DNA of 63,194 bases, counting the filler, from Chiloscyllium plagiosum (lineage: Eukaryota), in the NCBI RefSeq assembly GCF_004010195.1. It is 5 parts of 5 records of this genome, joined end to end, with 100 filler letters (N's around TTAATTAATTAA, not from the genome) between each part and the next. Parts side by side here need not be neighbours in the genome. Positions count along the whole stretch, not along the records: positions 48,703 to 63,194 come from NW_025208371.1; 4 more parts are not named here. One strand, given 5' to 3'. Positions 59,891 to 63,194 of this stretch are shown one piece after another (the first letter of the stretch is position 1; each line of letters starts with the position of its first letter). The notes under the pieces are model-generated. The model had not been told where the DNA came from. It saw nothing but the letters and a program-made list of their open reading frames with translations, and searched no databases. The position numbers were made by a program, and so were the translations under genes.

Positions 59891-61029
59891 TTGGATAACA
59901 CCGACACAAACTGTCCCTTTTCAACAAAGTTGCAAACACACATTCAAATTAGAAATAGTGAAATTTTACAGGAATGAGAATATATTGGTAATATTACCAG
60001 GGATAGCACCATGATAACCAATGGGTACAGCTGCTTGGTAACAAACATTAACCAACATCACTAGCAAAACCAGCCCACATCCACACCTGGTAACCACCTC
60101 CTAAACAGAACCTGCCTCTCATCAGCTCTGAAGAAGAGACGCACTGGAATTGAAACGTTAAATTGGGGTTTCTCTCTCCATTGATGCTGCCAGACCTGCT
60201 GAGCTTCTCCAGTAATTTCAGTTTCTGTCTCTCATGAATTGGTTTCTCCTGCCGTCAGTGAAAGAGAGCCACGAGAAGTTATTCCATTCCGCATGGATTT
60301 GATTTGCTGCATGCCTGGGGAAGGAGGTTGTGACGGCAACAGGAATTGTGGCAGGCTCCGGCCTCCTCCTGTTCCTCATTCGGAGGTTTGTCATCAGGAG
60401 CAGGATGGGAAATCAATACAGGACTGGCACAGGGACTGGTTAATTAGCACATGACTAGCAACAAGGGACATGATGGAAGAATTAACAAACCAGATTCCAT
60501 TTCCTCGAGGAGAAGAACAGGGGTTCAAATGGACATGAGAAATAGAAGCAGGAGTGAGTCATTTGGCCACTTGAACCTTCCTTGTTATTCAATAATAAGG
60601 TGGTTGGATTTTCCAAATCAATACCACTACGGTTTATTATCCCCATTTCCTTTGGGACCAACATTCTATTGACCCCTGTCTTATATACACTGAAAAGTAA
60701 GTATCGCCAGTCCCTGTAGGACTCACAGCCCTCTGAGAAAAGAATCACGTGTTGAAATGGTAAATAGTCAGATTACTTGGTGAATTAGCAACAACACATT
60801 ATACATTTATCGTTAACATTGGAGTTAAAGGGTAGCTTACAATACATATTTGTATGTAACAGATATTAGAATATGAAGTGAATTAGCACAAGGAATCATT
60901 AAGATTGGTTGCATATTGATGAATTTCAGGATTGAATCTACAATGAGGAACAGTCTTAAATCACACAGAGATAGCACAGGACAATGAGTGGCCTCAGAGC
61001 AGATAGCATTGTTGGGCTAAATCAAAGGG

Positions 61030-61385
61030 GTAGCATGGTGCCTCAGTGGTTAGCACTGTTGCCTTGCACCAGCAGGGACCTGGGTTCGATTCCAGTCTTG
61101 GGCAACTGTCTGTGTGGAATTTGCATGTTCTCCCCGTGTCTGTGTGGGTTTCCTCTGGGTGCTCTGGTTTCCTCCCACAATCCAAAGATGTGCAGGTTCA
61201 GTGGATTGGCCATGCTAAATTGCTCACAGTGTCCAAGGATAAGCAGGCTAAGTGGGTTAGCCATGGGAAATGCAGGACTACAGAGATATGGTAGGGGCAA
61301 GGATCTTGGTTGGATGCTCTTTGAATGGTTGGTGTAGACTCAATGGGCTGAATGGCCTGATTCCACTGTAGCAATTCTATGAATG
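61030..61385 (+). mobile_element. HE1-type SINE, diverged
   Basis: A/B boxes and conserved core matching the other copies. Confidence 0.8.
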
Positions 61386-63194
61386 GCTTTTGGTCATGTA
61401 CTTATATTGAGATTCTGTAATAAGCTCTGCCTCTGTGTTAGACACAATGTAGATAGCTCCAGAGGTTTTGAAAAGGCTGTTTTGTTTGAGAGGCTCATCA
61501 TTGGCGATTGAATATCACATCAGGGATACATGAGGATAAACTGGCCTTGGTCACACTCAAGAGGCACAGGATTTGTCAGAATTTTGAATTGCATTGTTCG
61601 AGGTTTCATTCTAATTCCTGCTCAGTTCCTGGAGACGCACAGACTGGCGTGGTAAATAATACATAATACATGATGTACAGCCCCTGCGTCACATCTCATT
61701 TTCAGTATGAGTCTTCATTTTCTTTCCCGATTCTATGTAATTTCCTTTTAACTATATGATTCACAGCCAGACCTTGTGAAGCTTCCCGTCCCTTAATTCA
61801 TCGTGAGACGGGGATATTAGCTTTAGAGTTTCACATTTCGATGAGATTTGGCAGTAGATTAGCCGCTATTGAAGCAGAGGTGGAGGGGAGTTGCATTCAC
61901 ACCACGCTCTGATGCCATGCTGTGTTTGTAATAGGATGCATTGTGGGTTGAATTTGCTGTTGCTGGCTTTGCTTTTTTAGTATAGGCCCCGGCTACAGTA
62001 TCACTGACATTTAAGCACATTGGGGAGGCAGTGCCAACTCATGAGGAGGGGGCCAAGGGGTCGTAAAAACGTGCTTGATAAAATCTATAGAAGGGCAGTC
62101 CTCCCACTGGTGAAAGCACAAAAATGCTCACACTCCCTCTGCGTTGGAGCACCTGAGAGATAAATCACAGTAAGGAATTAACACCTTCATTGAGGGTGTG
62201 GAGCAACAGCCATCAAATCAAATAGAATACTCAATAACATAACTCAGAAAGGAACAGTAATCGCTGGAAAAGCTCAGCAGGCCTGGCAGTACATGTGGAG
62301 AGAAAGCAGAGTTAAAGTTTCGAGTTGAGTGACCCTTCCTCAGAACTTTGCCAGCTTTTCCAGAAATGTCTGTTTTTGTTTCTGAATTACAGCGTCCGCA
62401 GTTCTTTCAGTCTCTACTTGCTCAGACAGGAGGCACTCTGTACAGAAGCAGGCCATTCAGCCCAACAGATTTACCATGGTATTAATCCCCACAGAGAGAC
62501 AGCACTTTTTTGTAAACTCCAGATGTTTCACAACCACCGATGCGATGCAGTCAATTGAGAACTTTTGTAATGTCGTCATTGCTGTTATATATTAAAAAAA
62601 AGAAGCAGCCAATTTGTTCACAGCAAGTTCTTGCCAACAGTCAGGTAATCTGTTTCTTTTTGGGATATTGACTAAAGGTTAGGCATTGGCTCGGACACCA
62701 GGGATAAATCACCTAATTCTTCCTCCAAATAGTGCTATAGAATCCTTTACAGCCACCCAAACAGGCAGCGCTGGATGGAGCTGAGTGAGAGGACATTTAT
62801 AAAGGTTAGAAAAGATAAATTCCAAACTCAGGTGAATCATATTTTGACACTCGGTGCAAATTAGACTGATGTTACAGAAGAAAGGGTTACCTTCTTAAAG
62901 AACTGATGTCAAAGACAATGGGACCATTGAAGAGGTAACTGTGTGGAGTGATCAAACTAGTGGTTGGGTTTTACTCTGCACGGGCTACAATATCTTTCTT
63001 CATTGATGAGTTAACATAGCAGAGGGATGCTTGAGACAACTGGGGGTGAGTTTAACCTGGGGGTCACCTCGTCTCAGGCAAGAGGAGAGGTTGAGAAGAA
63101 GAGTCTTTCATCGTAACCTGAGCCAGTGCAGGAATTGAGTCCATGCTATTAGTCTCCTCTGTATTGCGAACCCACTGTCCAGCCAACTGAGCTA

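Noticed and set aside
1-63194. Apparent linkage of IgL, TCR V, VJ exons, IgH and MHC class I as a primordial immune complex
   Set aside because: Each gene lies on a different piece separated by artificial N-TTAATTAATTAA-N spacers, so adjacency here is not evidence of linkage.

Overview
Repeat-rich shark (elasmobranch) genomic DNA. The window is not one locus. It is five unrelated pieces joined by identical 100-nt artificial spacers (44 N + TTAATTAATTAA + 44 N) at 26089-26188, 29730-29829, 45641-45740 and 48603-48702. Each piece carries an immune-gene fragment. (1) 1-26088: an Ig kappa-type light-chain leader plus an already joined, out-of-frame VJ exon (minus strand). (2) 26189-29729: an unrearranged TCR alpha/delta-type V gene with a 23-RSS, an unusual micro-exon leader and an upstream CTCF motif. 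(3) 29830-45640: three same-strand, phase 1-1 exons that each encode a whole V+J-type Ig domain with no RSS. Two have open frames, one of them apparently rescued after a SINE insertion, and the third is a pseudo-exon. This is the best candidate for an undescribed non-rearranging antigen-receptor-like family. (4) 45741-48602: an IgM-type L-V-D1-D2-J heavy-chain cluster whose J has a frameshifting deletion. (5) 48703-63194: alpha2, alpha3 and TM exons of a divergent MHC class I gene (no Cys101, frameshift in alpha3), followed by a young, apparently pol-deleted gamma-like endogenous retrovirus. The rest is CR1 and Tx1 LINE debris, HE1-type tRNA SINEs, Penelope fragments and simple repeats. All family assignments come from motif recognition by eye, not database searches, and repeat boundaries are approximate.
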